In this document: piece by piece, positions 24,191-37,878 of the stretch
Layout of the letters: each line of letters starts with the position of its first letter
How positions within the stretch are numbered: the stretch's first letter is position 1
Assembly: GCF_006345805.1 (NCBI RefSeq)
Contig: NW_021834158.1
Span: 1-51,224 of the forward strand
Direction: 5' to 3'
Source: Octopus sinensis
Lineage: Eukaryota
DNA length: 51,224 bases
Position numbers and translations under genes: made by a program
Notes under the pieces: model-generated
What the model saw: the letters and a program-made list of their open reading frames with translations, nothing else
Told to the model about the DNA's origin: nothing
The model's database searches: none

Positions 24191-24782
24191 CAGATCAAAC
24201 ATGGTGATAAATACAAATGAGAATCGCTAGCGTGGACAGAAGAGCTGCACTTTTCTCGTTCGTTCACAAGACATGACCACTTTAAGAACAACGTTACACG
24301 TCTCCTTCCCATTCACTGGACAGCTGATTTCTACAACATTGCCTGGTTTTGACCCTCCATCGCTTACAATATTGTTTGTTGTTTTTGCACCGGATTGCTG
24401 TTTTTGATTATTTGTTTTTCATCGAAATATTCCGACAGTATTCCTTATTTTGAAACATGTGGCTATATGTGTTTGAGATAGGATTTGCACTCTGACCTCG
24501 TAAAATCCTTACCAGCAATGACTAGCGGAACTGATCCATGGATTTTTGCCTGAGTGGTGCAAAGATGTCATCCACCGGATTAATAAGGAATCACCAACAA
24601 ATGGTGGATGCAGCAACATGCATCCCTCCCCCATATAACCGCTAATGCTACATGGTCGGATTCTGTAGGGCCTCTTGTAAAAGCGTCAGCATAATGCTTT
24701 CTATGGAGTTATAAATAGTGCTTATATGTATGCATGTATGTATTTATGTATGTATGGGTATGTATGTATGTATGTATGTATG

Positions 24783-24849
<67 letters not shown>

Positions 24850-24852
<3 letters not shown>

Positions 24853-25127
24853 TGGTTGACTGGGTCTAACAATATTGGTATCCAGGAGACTAAGGGGGCC
24901 CACACGCAACTACAATACTGAAATTTTCTTTTTTTTGTTTTTGTTAAAAGTATTCTTTTCAACTGTCTAAAAACACAGCCGGGCTGAAATAATGCGTGCT
25001 TCCAGAAGTGAATAAAAATGCTCACACTTGAGGGACTGGCCCCTTAGATACTAACATGGGCCGCCATATATGGCGCAGGCGCCCACGTGCCATCGGACAA
25101 GCTGACAACCTGGCCAGTCCGCCACTG
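24850..25127. mobile_element. hAT-like MITE
   Basis: TIRs cagtggttgactgg / ccagtccgccactg, internal gggcc motifs, inserted in microsatellite. Confidence 0.6.
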
Positions 25128-25313
25128 CATACATACATACATAAAAAAAAGAAATAAGTGGAAATTTCACCGGTGAGTGTGTTAAATAATAAGGCACTTA
25201 AAGAGAATGACTCTCCCCAGACACAACAGAATATGCTTCAACACACGAACTCATATAAAGAATCTTGCAAACCAAAAACCAAAACGAAATATATATATAT
25301 ATACGTATATATA

Positions 25314-25365
<52 letters not shown>

Positions 25366-25413
25366 TGTGTGTGTACACATATCTATATGATCTCTCGCTG
25401 CCCCCATCAGTAT

Positions 25414-25459
<46 letters not shown>

Positions 25460-25622
25460 TATCCGAAATAGTCATGACAACTGGTACTTGACCGATGAAA
25501 GAAAGCCAACAATGTCCCGTCTTTTTTTTTCCAGTCCTTCTAATTGTTGTTTCTCTTGTCCGCCTTTGTATCGTCTATCCGTCCGAAAGTTTTAATACCC
25601 TCTATTGTGTTTTTGTTCCATT

Positions 25623-25695
<73 letters not shown>

Positions 25696-25859
25696 CTTTT
25701 CGTTTATTCCTTTATTTGTTTGAGTCACTTGAATGTGGCCATGCTGGAGCACCGCCCTTAGTCAACAAATCAACCCACTCCTGTTACCATGCTGCTAAAT
25801 TCTTCCTACAAAATTAAGAGACTCAAAGTCCACTCACACCTACACATAGAAACAGCGGA

Positions 25860-26135
25860 CACCACACATACTACACATACTACACATACACATACATATG
25901 TACACGCACACCCACGCGCACACATGCACAGGAATGCACACATAACTAACACACAACTCCACAGATATGCACATACACACACACACACGCAAACATACAG
26001 GCACACACGTACACACAACTACACGCACATTCACACACACACGTACACACAACTACACGCACATTCACACACACAAACAGGCACGTGCATACACGCACAA
26101 GAACACACATATAACTCCACACACATATACACACG

Positions 26136-26166
<31 letters not shown>

Positions 26167-26620
26167 GCATACATACACACACGCGCGCGCACACACGCAT
26201 ACATACACACGCACCACACACACAACCCCACGTACATAAACATATACACACGCACATACACACACACACAGGCACACACACACGCATATATACACGCACA
26301 CACATACACATGCACATGAACGCACAGATACCTCACACACACACAGCGCACATTCATACATACACGCACACAATTATTCATACATAGGCATACACACACG
26401 CACATACATGCACACATACAAACACGCACACACACACACACAGGAACGCACATATAAATCCGCACACACAACCCCACACACAACTCCACGCGCACACACA
26501 GATATAAACACACGCTCATACATACCCATACACACACACACACTCACACACAATCACACACATGCTATTACACACACACAAAAACTTGCGCGCACGCCCA
26601 TTCCCACACATACACACACT
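25860..26620. repeat. Complex (CA)n-derived tract
   Basis: Direct inspection. Confidence 0.9.
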
Positions 26621-26768
26621 TACCTCCCCCTCTTACACTCTCCTGTCTTGGAAAGAACCTTTTCTTCACCCATTCCCTTCCAGTCATTTCAAAATATAAT
26701 TACATGTAAATGAATGGTGATTTTTTCCACTCCATCTTTCTTCTCTCTTGGACTTTCCTCTGTCTCCT

Positions 26769-26804
26769 GTTTCTGAAGAAGAGCGTTTGCTCGAAACGTC
26801 AAAC
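26769..26804 (+). ncRNA. Minimal type I hammerhead ribozyme motif (Penelope-like), in a probable pLTR remnant ~26630-26910
   Basis: gttt CTGAAGA a GAGC-gttt-GCTC GAAAC GTC aaac: stem I gttt/aaac, stem II GAGC/GCTC, palindromic ACGT stem III, predicted cleavage after C26800. Confidence 0.75.
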
Positions 26805-26943
26805 CACCTTTCTTTCCTTCCCTGAGCGTCTGCTAATACTTTACATGTACCACGTCCTCGCCTAGTTGGGTTTTTTGTGTTTGTTCATCGATTTTTTGGG
26901 AGGTGGGATTTACTATATATATGTGTGTGTATATATATATGTG

Positions 26944-27209
26944 TGGAGGCGCAATGGCCCAGTGGTTAGGACAGCGGACTCGCGATCGTAGGATCACGGT
27001 TTCGATTCCCAGACCGGGCGTTGTGAGTGTTTATTGAGCGAAAACACCTAAAGCTCCACAACTTTCTCTCGCTCTTTCTTCTCTTGGCCTGCTCGCTTAG
27101 CCAGCGGAGTGGCGTCATTTGAAGGCTAAAAAAACAATGCGAAACGCATTGTGACCAGCGATGTGTAGCAACATCTGATAGCCTGGTCGGTCACGGTGAT
27201 CACGGTGAT
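26944..27209 (+). mobile_element. tRNA-derived SINE family E
   Basis: Head ggaggcgcaatggcccagtggttagg...ggtttcgattccc; tail ...ctggtcggtcacggtgatcacggtgat; matches 45880-46155. Confidence 0.88.
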
Positions 27210-28139
27210 ATATATATATATATATATGTAGGTATGTATGTATGTATATATATGTGTACATACGTTTTTACCACTTTAATAATTAGATGTCACCGTTGCG
27301 CTGACTGTTGGGCTGGTAGCTGTGGACAGTCTTTTCTTTAATTTAATTTTTTATTTCGTTTGGTGGTGTTATCCTAGATTCACCGTCTTTGTCGGTGATC
27401 AATTCGAAATAGGTTTGTATTTCTTCTATTTTAACTTAATGAGTTCGCGCCCGCCGACGGCTGGAGAGAAATTCAGTTTTGGACTTTCTTCTATCGAAGG
27501 CATTATAACAAAAATGCTTCCGTATAAACGGTGAAAATATTGTCAATTTCCCCAAACAAGGACACAATTCAATTTTTAAACAATAACCAAAGATTCTTCT
27601 CCCAAAGGGTGAGGGTTACAGATTACAATTATTTAACAAATGCAACACAACAACATTTCTCTTACGAGGAACCAACAAACGTGATAACAATAGTGAAACA
27701 GTAATAATAATAACAACAAACCTTACGGTGAATCAAAAAGCAGTACGCAGTTGAAGCTAAAGTCCTTTATGTATAAGAAATAAAACAACAGCAGTACTCA
27801 GTAGAAGCGGCTGTTCGAGAAAACAGACATTACATACAGCCAAACTTCATATAGATACTTAATGCTAGCTAATTAGCAGATAATCTAATGTAAAAGCCGT
27901 GGTAAACGGTATGTGCACAGCTCCATTTGGGCTATTCCATTTCTGCACACTAATTTTATATTTAATTTATTCCCATTCATGTGAAAGCACTTATTCAAGT
28001 TCAAGTCATTGATGCAATTTTATACCAATTGCTATATTTACTTTTGTTATGTTACGATTATATTATACTTTAGTTTGATTTTAATTATTACTTACTACAT
28101 ATAATTCAATTGTTATTATTATCTCTAATTTTTATTGTT

Positions 28140-28399
28140 AAAGTGAAAGTATCTGACATAAAATAGAGAAATGTTTTTGTTTCACTTTTAACACGTAATA
28201 CTGAAATAGTGGAGAAGATATGATATTGCTATGGGCTCGCCCTAGGCAAGAAGTTGAAGATTTTTTTGCCCATGAAACTACATGAACCCTAAGTAAGGCA
28301 TGTGTAAAATTTGAATGAAATTGGTTGTGTAGTTCTCAAGTTTTAGGGAAACACACAGACAGACAGACACACATTCTCAGTTTTATATATATATAAAGA
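28140..28399 (-). mobile_element. Helitron-like 5' fragment
   Basis: Reverse complement starts A|TCTTTATATATATATAAAACTGAG, like the Helitron at 3412; 3' CTAG end not located. Confidence 0.5.
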
Positions 28400-28434
28400 T
28401 ATATGTATATATGTATGTAGGTATATATATATAT

Positions 28435-28850
28435 ATAAATCCTTAAATCGTTAAAAATGTTTCAACCCGAAAGCTGCGGCCATGCTGGGGCACCACCGTT
28501 GAATGAGCTACACTAGTATGTGAAACTACCTCTGATACGTAGCACTTGGTCAGCAAGGGATTTCGACGCCGCTACCCGCATCTGTGTTTCCTGTCGAGAG
28601 GTAGGTTCATGTGGAACCCCTGACAAGAAGAGGTCCAGTTTAGTTTTAAAGAAACCCACATCCACACCATGCAGGTTTCTCAGACATGTAGGAAGGATTT
28701 TGAAGAGCTGTTGTCGCCTGAAACCCAAGCTGCTGCAGTATCTGGTCCTGTATTTTGATGGTGATGTTGGGATCTTTGGCACCATGCAGTGGCACTCCGT
28801 TCTGCGGCTGGGGTAACTTTCAATGCCAAAATTCGGGACAATACAGTAGC
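28435..28850 (-). pseudogene. 3' fragment of a CR1-group LINE (ORF2 C-terminus + 3'UTR)
   Basis: Peptide SLGFRRQQLFKILPTCLRNLHGVDVGFFKTKLDLFLSGVPHEP...AASKSL resembles a CR1-group ORF2 C-terminus; 3'UTR ggtgccccagcatggccgcagc...gaaac plus short tandem tail. Confidence 0.75.
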
Positions 28851-28858
28851 TGCACGAC

Positions 28859-29140
28859 ATCGTGAAGTATATTTGCCACTTAAATGTCTCTAAACTTTAA
28901 GGGTGGATGCTACTGTGATTGTCACACGCTGATGACGGGTCGGTCAATACCCAGAAACTCAAGTCCGTGTGTATCATACAGGTTGAAGATGGGAAGGATG
29001 GCTTCCCTTTGCAAATACTGATAGGGCACAGAAAGAGTGTCAATAGCCAGCTGGAGGTGGTTTCCTCCTGGGGCTACAAGCTACAGTAGCATTCACCCTT
29101 AAGGGTTAGCCACATTTAAGTGGCAAATATATTTCACGAT
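28859..29140 (+). mobile_element. 282-bp element with ~58-bp terminal inverted repeats enclosing a hammerhead
   Basis: Arms 28859-28916 and 29083-29140 (atcgtgaa.tatatttgccacttaaatgt...taagggtg.atgctactgt). Confidence 0.8.
28923..28971 (+). ncRNA. Type I hammerhead ribozyme motif
   Basis: cacacg CTGATGA c GGGT-cggtcaat-ACCC a GAAAC tcaa GTC cgtgtg; 6-bp stem I, extendable (tgtgat/atcata); predicted cleavage after C28965. Confidence 0.8.
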
Positions 29141-29226
29141 ATACACACACACACACACACACACACACCACACACACACACACTCACACACACACACACA
29201 CTCACACACACACACACACATATATT

Positions 29227-29275
<49 letters not shown>

Positions 29276-31479
29276 ATGTGACAGCTGTCTACTGGTGACC
29301 GGAAAAGACCATCACCGACCATTAAGAAGATGTATGTGCTTAGGTATATACACATATAAGTACATACACACACACACACACTCACGAGTGACATAATGTA
29401 TTAGCGTGCGCATGTATGTTTGTAGTTGTGTGGTATTTATGTTTTTATATGCACGGGTATAGCATTGAGGGATTATCGATGAATCGATGCGTTCACAAAA
29501 CATACTACAATGTGTAGACATTGTATATGGCCTTAGCTATTCGATAAATAGAGTTTGATAAAATAAAATGCTGTTTGGCCTAATCCCACCAGCAAACTGT
29601 GTAGTTACAGCTTCTCGTCAATGTATACGGCAACAGTAACAGCATTATCAACGCCATCACCTTCACCACATTATCATCACAAGCCAATGTCAGAAAGCCT
29701 GTGCAGTCGCTTGATTGCTAGAAATGGTAGCCAAATCCCTTTGAAATCACCATCTTTTAGAAAATAAATGTATTATATATTCCTGTAGCTCGGGGCTGCG
29801 TTATAAAAACGGTGACTGTTTCTGCGGTTGTTGACTCTTAATCACGAATGGGAACGAGGAATATTCTTTCATTCACTCATTCTTTCATTCGATCATTCAT
29901 TCAATCCATCATTTCTAATTGTTTAACAGAGATGTCTTTTAACCCCAGGACGTTATTGCTCGAGGATATTTAATAATTAAAGGCAGCCCAGCCGTGACCA
30001 TACCGTGTCATGTATATTCCTATTTACACTGGTGTTAACTGCAATAATTGTTTCTCGTATAGACAGAAATTCTGGGAAAGTGGTCAGTCGATGCCATAGA
30101 CCTCTCCCACCACCACTCCCACCACCACCACCACCACCGTCACCACCGTCACCATCTTTTCTGTCACTCAATTTTATCGACACTAATTGATGAACAGCTT
30201 AGTTGGCCACTATAGGTTTTGAATAGTCAAAGCGTAAAGAGCGTTAATAAACACTGCAAACATCTTTCTCCATATTCTAACCCTTCTATCAATTCAGTGC
30301 CGCATTAGTAATTCATTTAATGTGCTAATTAAATCTTTTTTACACTTGTTTAAGCTGGGTCACCTCTGTGAAGTGGTGACGGTCATTGCGAGTCCGTCAT
30401 CTCTTTACATACCGTGATTTTTTGCTTTATTTATGCTTGTATACTTACAAAAGCAAGGTATAGTTTGTATGAGATTTTACTACTCTTTCTAACAGATCGA
30501 GCGACAGTGTAGAGATTGCCTGACCTCCACCTGCATTTACGAAATTTATTGAAGTCGTTTCGCTTTTACCTTGTTTGTTCTGTCTATAATCTTCCCCAAA
30601 ATTCCAGCCTCTGTCCGCTATCACTCACAGTGGTCGAACATCATTATTATATAGATACATCAATGTAATAGAAGAAGAAAAAATATAGACAACGTAGTTT
30701 TCACGAAGGAAATTCTAAACCTTTAATAGAATACTGCAGAGGTCATAGTGTGACACTGGTTTATACTTAGGTATATTTTGTTCGTCTTTTATAGTCGGTA
30801 TCTCTCTTTCTCTGACACTTCTTTAGGCGAGATTACATTCGTCTCTGATCAGTGTTAACTCAATCACGGCAGTCTTTTGAAGAACTGACGGGATTATGAA
30901 ATTTATTGATTTTAATTTCATTATAGCACATTTTCGAACGAACTATAAATGTTCTAAGCTCGATCCATCCTATATTATATTTTGATACAGATTTTTGCAA
31001 CATTCTTTTGTGTTTAAATCTTTTGTGTGTAATAAACTTTTGTAAGATGTGGATAATGTGGGCAATAATCTATTGTGTTTGAAAGTATATTGCTTTGCCA
31101 GTAAAATTATTTTAGTAGTTTTTCTGTGTGATGTTGCTAGTTCGGTATACTTTTAAGCACGCCTATTAACTGACAACGACATTTAGTGATAACAGCGTTG
31201 TTTCGCCTTTTGATTAGATTTAAAAATATACGAAACGTCGAAACTACTGTCTCTACACTTGTGGGAATTTATGATAGAAGTATTAAAAAATATTATGTTA
31301 AGCTATGAATATGGTAACATTTTTCAACTCTCTTAACGTGTTTATATCAACACTTTCAAAGTAATGTGTGTACAACAAGGTGAAAATAGAGAATACAAAG
31401 AAACGGCTGCTGGTCTACCTCGGCAACAAGTGATTCAGAAAAGTTCATAAAAGATCAGTGAATTGATCTGCTGTAAGGA

Positions 31480-31620
31480 AAGTTCTAACATTTCGGACAA
31501 TCGTCTTTTTTCATAGAAAGAGAAAGATGGGGTGGGGGTCAGGGAGAAAAGTGGGGAGAAGAAAAGCAGTGAGAAAAGTTACAACATTTCGGACAATCGC
31601 CTTTCATTTTCAGTGAGAGA
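31480..31620 (-). repeat. Two tandem degenerate hammerhead-like/pLTR motifs
   Basis: Direct repeat aacatttcggacaatcg at ~31487 and ~31583; reverse complement ...ctgaaaatgaaaggcgattgtcc GAAA tgttgt; cores corrupted. Confidence 0.35.
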
Positions 31621-31879
31621 GGGGGGGGGAGAAAGAGAGAATATCTTGAACGATTTCACGCAAGAAGACTTCAGATTTTTACAAAACTGACCAAATTTCT
31701 CACAAACCTAATCCGCCAGCGCAACTATTGTTATTTTTATATAAAAGCTCTAAATCAATTGATCTATCCATTCTTACTTAAACTAAGCATCTACGAAGCA
31801 AGCATCCTGCACTTGTACCCCGCCTCTCACTCTCTCATTCTCTCACTCTCTATACTTTATATATAATATACTGACAGAC

Positions 31880-34256
31880 ATGCTGACCTTCAGGAACATT
31901 GTGCGCTCTTGATCTAACTTATATTTTGCCTTTGCGGCTCTGTTGGTAGCTAATGAGCCCTGCTCTTGACAAGCATACACGACTGCAAACATTGCAGACC
32001 AAGCTTTCCCCAGCAGTGTGCTTTCGAGCAGAACGCTTAAGTTCTTCAAGCAGAATACGTGCTCTCTCAAAGGTATCGATCTCCTCCTTAACCTGTTTCA
32101 ACCATCTGTGGCGATGACAGGCATTGCTCTCCCAATCAGTTTCCTGCATAAAAACAGGCCTTTAATGAGGACTTGCCGCAGTCAGTCTCAGCCTTGGTTT
32201 CTACGGGGTCTCTCTTTCCACTCATAAGTTCCCCATTTGCCATCTGTTTTGGAATCTTGCTATCCTTCATTCTAATACGTTGTCCAGTCCAACGTAACTG
32301 GTGTCTGTGCACCATCGCCTCAATACTCAAGATATTAGCTGTCCTCAGGACCTGTGTGTCTGAAGTTTTTAAGGTTCACCCAACATTTAGAATGTGCCTC
32401 AGACATCTCTGATGAAAGCATTCAAGGACTCTTTCGTGGCGTTTGTAAAGGGTCCATGTCTCCCATGAGTAAAGGAGCGATGTCAGTACACATGCACGGT
32501 ACACAGAAATTTTTGTTTGCTTTGTGATGCCATACTGGGACCAGACACGAGACTGAAGAGACCGGAAGGAATTTGTTGCTCTCTGCAGCCTGAAAGATAT
32601 TTCCTCATCCAGGGAGCAAAAACGGCTGAGTGTGCTGCCCAGGTAGACAAACTTGTCTACTACTTTCAGAATTATTCCTTCAACAAGGATAGCTGGTTCC
32701 ACATATAGATCTCCTGGTGCAGGCTGGAACATTACAGCAGTGTTGTCCAGGCTAATGCCGAATTCAAATGTCTTGCAAGAAGCAGAAATACGATTCAGAA
32801 GTATTTGCATGTCATCCACTGTATGAGTGACTAAGTCACAGTCATCTGCATAAAGGAGGTCACGAATAAGAGACTGGAAAACTTTCTGAATTGGCAGCAA
32901 ATCGGCGCAGATTAAAGAGGTGGCCAGAAGATCGATACCTGACATATATTCCCAGAGAGCTAACCTTAGCAAAAACATGATTAAAAGCAGCAACAAAGAG
33001 AGTTGGGGCAAGGATGTCACCCTGCTTGACACCATTCTCTACAGGAATGGGTCCTGCCATGCCACCACCAACACTGACCCATGCCTCCATCTCATCGTGA
33101 AATGATTTAATTATAGATTCAAAGTGATTCAGGCATCCAAGTTTGTCGCCGTATTCACAGTATCAAAGGCCTTGGTTAAATCAATGAATACCTGAACAAG
33201 ATCCATATTCACCTCATCGCACTCCTGCATCTGTGTTGCTGTGAAACACATATCCATTGTCCTTCTACCATATCGGAAGCCACAATGAGATTCAGATAGG
33301 ACATCATTTACGAGACATCCATTCAGGCAGGTAAGAAGAATATTTGCCAGAACTTTGCCAGTAGCTGATAGTAATAACTCTGTAGTTACCATACATTGTT
33401 CTGGCTCCTTTTTCTTTATAGAGAGAAGAATAATTGCATCCTTCCAGCCCTTAGGCATTGCACCATCCCTCCAGACTGCCCTAATAAGTTCATGAAGGGA
33501 CTGTATGATGCAATCACCACCAAATCGCAAGGCCTCAGCACAAATTCCATCCCTTACAGGTGCCCTACCAAGATTCAATTTACTTATTGCTGTCATTACC
33601 TCATCTATTGAGGGCGTGGAAATTTAAGGAGCCAATTGTAGGCTTTGTTGCATAATATCAATCACTGTTTCATCCACAATTGACTCATGGTTTAGGAGTT
33701 CAGAGACATGTTCGATCTAGCGACCTGTGATTTCTGTTGATTTAGTAATTAGAGTGGAAGGCTCCTTGGAAAGCAAAGGAGCTGATATGGAGCTCTTAGG
33801 CCGATAAACTTGCTTCATAAGATGGTAAAGCTTCTACCTGTCGTTTGCATCAGCAGCAGCCTGAGCGTCACGAGCAAGATCCTCCCACCAAGTGTTCTGC
33901 ATCTTCCTGTGAGATCGTTGCTATAGTGATCTTAAACTGCTATAGTGGGCAAGTGCTAGATTTCGCTGCACAGCAGGAAGTCTTCTGTACAGCAATACAT
34001 TGTGGGCATGGCGCTTTATAACCAATAGTCACTGAACTTCACCATGATTTTCATCAAACAAGTCCAGCAAGTGCCAAACTTTAGCCCTTGAATACATCCA
34101 TGTTTTTGTGCGATCACCCTTGTGCATAAAATTAGCACTTGTGATGTAAAGTCCATGTTTATCGCAAATCCCCAGCAGCATGAGGCCATTGCTATTCATT
34201 TTCCCTACTCCAAAACTTCTTAGAGAGTTCCAGGTTTTCCAGTCTGTTCCAACCCT
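31880..34256 (-). pseudogene. Decayed RTE/BovB-like LINE (APE C-terminus, RT, C-terminal zinc-finger-like motif)
   Basis: Fragments GVGKMNSNGLMLL...KTWMYSRAKVWHLLD; GFRYGRRTMDM..FIDLTKAFDTVN; GVKQGDILAPTLF; LLYADDC; FVYLGSTLS; LTSLLY.ETWTLY...FHQRCLRHIL; QLRWTG; CNVCSRVCLSRAGL; multiple frameshifts and stops. Confidence 0.9.
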
Positions 34257-34297
34257 GTGTGTGTGTGTGTGTGTGTAAATATATATATATATATATA

Positions 34298-34346
<49 letters not shown>

Positions 34347-34711
34347 GTATATATGTATATATATGTATATATGTATATATATATAATATATGTATATATA
34401 TGATATATATATGTATATATATATATATATATATATAAAAACAATATGCATAATATATATAATCTCAAGCGTGTATACATATATACTTGTATGAGTACGA
34501 GGTGACACAGTGAAGTTGTTTGTAAGCTGCGAACCACTAGAGATAATGGTAGTGTGTATAAGGTATTTATAACAAGCACTTAGTAATTCAGTCTATAAAA
34601 CTGGAGCCACAGACCACTTAGAGTTGGCCTTCTACAACTCGGAAATCCTGTAAAAATCTATTAAGAATAATAAATGCCTATTGTTTTGTTTGAGGCTGTT
34701 GTTGTTGAGGC

Positions 34712-34712
34712 T

Positions 34713-34784
<72 letters not shown>

Positions 34785-34785
34785 G
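34712..34785. repeat. (TTG)n microsatellite
   Basis: Perfect repeat. Confidence 0.95.
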
Positions 34786-35862
34786 AAGATGAGGTCGTGG
34801 TCTTGGATGTTTATCCATCAGAACTATGATCAATAATATTCCAACTTTGGCCATCGCGTCTATTGTTAGTGTATCCACACCATAGATTATCCACTGCACA
34901 CTTCCGTATTTAAATGGGTGGCGTTTCATTTGACTAAGATTTGACTTCTGTTTCAAGCAGGTCAAGTGATTACATAGGGATTCCTCTGTTGATTAATCAT
35001 TGTTTTTTTTAGTCCTGGGAAGAAACTGACCTTACAAATTATGATCAACTACTTTCCAGCTGTGACAACACCATCGTATTTTCAACAACCGCGTTACACA
35101 TGTGGAATCTTGCTTTCGCCATATTTTAATTTCAGGCTGATGTTGCTATGGTTTTAATTGTAAATATTGCAGATACTGTGAATATGCCCTCAGTGGCTAT
35201 GCATAAACATGATTTTACATTGAAAGCTTTGTAGAATGAAACCTGCGAATATCAACGTTGGATTCAACTCATTCTGTTCAAAATCCCTGTTTTACTTGGC
35301 TACGTTTCGGAGGAAATGGCTTTACAATCCGAGATTAGGAAGGCAGTTAGGTCACAGAATCGTTAGCCCAACAAACGAAATGCTTAGCAGCATTTCTTTC
35401 GCTGATTCAGGATTCTGAACTCAAATTCCGTCGGGGTCAACTTTTCATTTCCTTATTTCATGTCAATAAAATCAAATTCTAAGGTCGCTATAGTCGAATT
35501 GTCCCTTCCTCTCTATTTCAAGCCTTCAGTTTATAAAAGAGATAATATAAGACTAAGAAGAGAGAATCAAAATGTCTAACCCACAAATAGATACGGTACC
35601 ATCCTTAAACTCCAAAGATCTCGCAGAAATGTTGATTATGTAATATTTCTGTGGAATATTTCATCTTTGCATTTGGTTTGCAAAATTCTTGATGTGAATT
35701 CGTGAGTTGAAACATATTTTGTTGTCTTGAGAGGGTCGTTATGCCAATAATAATAAAAGACATTGAAGAAAGAGGGCACATCATGGATGAAGTCACGAAT
35801 AGCGACGAAAGGATTTTGGCAAGCAAAAGTCCGATTGATTGTTTAACCAATCGGTTTTTTTC

Positions 35863-36240
35863 GGCGGGCTGGCAGAAACGTTAGCACGCCGGGCGAAATG
35901 CTTAGCGGCATTTCGTCTGCAGCTACGTTCTGAGTTCAAATTCCGCCGAGGTCGACTTTACCTTTCATCCTTTCGGGGTCGATAAATTAAGTACCAGTTA
36001 CGCTCTGGGGTCGATGTAATCGACTTAATACTTATGTCTGTCCTTGCTTGTCCCCTCTATGTTTAGCCCCTTGTGGGTAATAAAGAAATAGGTATTTCGT
36101 CTGCTGCTACGTTCTGAGTTCAAATTCCGCCGAGGTCGACTTTGCCTTTCATCCTTTCCGAGTCGATTAAATAAGTACCATTTGTCTGTGCTTGTTAGTC
36201 CCCTCTGTGTGTAGCCCCTTGTGGGCAGTAAAGAAATAAA
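35863..36240 (+). mobile_element. SINE family B with a tandem partial second unit
   Basis: Full unit to 36090, then restarts at ggtatttcgtctg (36091). Confidence 0.88.
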
Positions 36241-36756
36241 TAACTGATTGATTGTTTAACCAGTATATTACACAAACGATCGATTAGTAAGTTGGATATT
36301 GAACCAATTGACTAACGATAAAGAAGTGATTTTGAACCAGTGTTTGTATTTCTTATGATTGGTGTGATGACCCTCCCGAGACAAAACAAGATCTGTAGAA
36401 TATATTACACCTACGATTAGTAGTTAGTCAAAATTCTCATTACTTTACAAATTTTTAACGCAGACAGTATCCTTGTTGTTGAATACACAGATACGAAAAG
36501 CAATAAGAAATGATGATGAAATATTCTCGATAACTGGAGAAATATTTTTTGTAGTCGAAGTTGATGAGAGACAAAAATAGCAAAAGAGGGGACAAGACGA
36601 AAAAAGAAAAAGAGGGGACAAGAAGAAAAAAAGAATTGAAATCAAGATGTGATTAAGAGTACGTGTGAAAGCACTGGTTAATCCATAAATATAGAATATT
36701 TATCCGCCAATGCTGTCTTCATTATTCATTCCCACTGTCTGATATTTGTGCGTGTG

Positions 36757-37047
36757 TGTATATATATATATATGTATACATATATATATATATACATATA
36801 TATAAACATACATGCATACATGTATACATACACACAAATATAGATACACACATACATACATGCATACATATATACATACATACATGCATACATACATACA
36901 TACATACATACATACATACGCACATGCATACATACATACATAGATACGCACATACATACATACATCATACATACATACATACATACATACATACATACAT
37001 ACATAAATACATACGCACATGCATACATACATACATACATACATACA
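36757..37047. repeat. (TA)/(ACAT)n microsatellite
   Basis: Direct inspection. Confidence 0.9.
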
Positions 37048-37325
37048 TCGCCGAGTACTGCGTCCCAGCTGATACGATTAACGGAACAGCTTGCTCGTGA
37101 AATTAACGTGCAAGTGGCTGAGCACTCCGCAGACACGTGTATCCTTAACGTAGTTCTCGGGGAGATTCAGCGTGACACAGCGTGTGAAATACAAGTACAA
37201 CTCACTTTTGCTGAAAGCCACGTGAAATAAACATTCTTGCTCAAGGACTCAACGCGTCGCTGGGAATTGAACTCACGACCTTACGATTGTGAGCCTAATG
37301 CCCGAACTACTAAGCCACGCGCCTT
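37048..37325 (-). mobile_element. SINE family D
   Basis: Matches 2325-2646. Confidence 0.82.
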
Positions 37326-37414
37326 CACCCGTTGAATGTTAACATAAAGCTGAAGATCAGTGGAAATGAGAATACCTACGCTGAAATAGAGAGAAACCTT
37401 CAGTTAGTCTATCC

Positions 37415-37635
37415 AAATTCTTTTCTACTCAAGGCACAAGGCCCGAAATTTTTGGGGAGGGAGACCAGTCAATTAGATCGATCGCCAGTACACAACTGGT
37501 ACTTAATTTATCGACCCCGAAAGGATGAAAGGCAAAGTCGACCTTGGAAGAATTTGAACTCAGAACGTAAAGACAGGCGAAATACCGCTAAACATTTCGC
37601 CCAGCATGCTAACGTTTCTGCCAGCACGGTGCCTT
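37415..37635 (-). mobile_element. SINE family B (alternative tail)
   Basis: B head and central domain with a ggccttgtgccttgagtagaaaagaa tail. Confidence 0.8.
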
Positions 37636-37878
37636 ACTCTATCCAGCTTACAAGTTAAGGTTTATACCTGTAATTATTGGGGGCGTGGGATATGTAACAC
37701 TCTGCTTAAATACCAGTCTTGGGAAATTAGTGTTTCTCAAAACCAGAAAGGAGAAAGCTAATTTGCAGACTACAGATCCAATCCTTCATGGAACTGTAAA
37801 GATCTTGGGAACTTTCCAGAAGTTTACCACTTAAATATATATGAGCATGTCTAGATACGCAACTCTATGCATGAGAAT

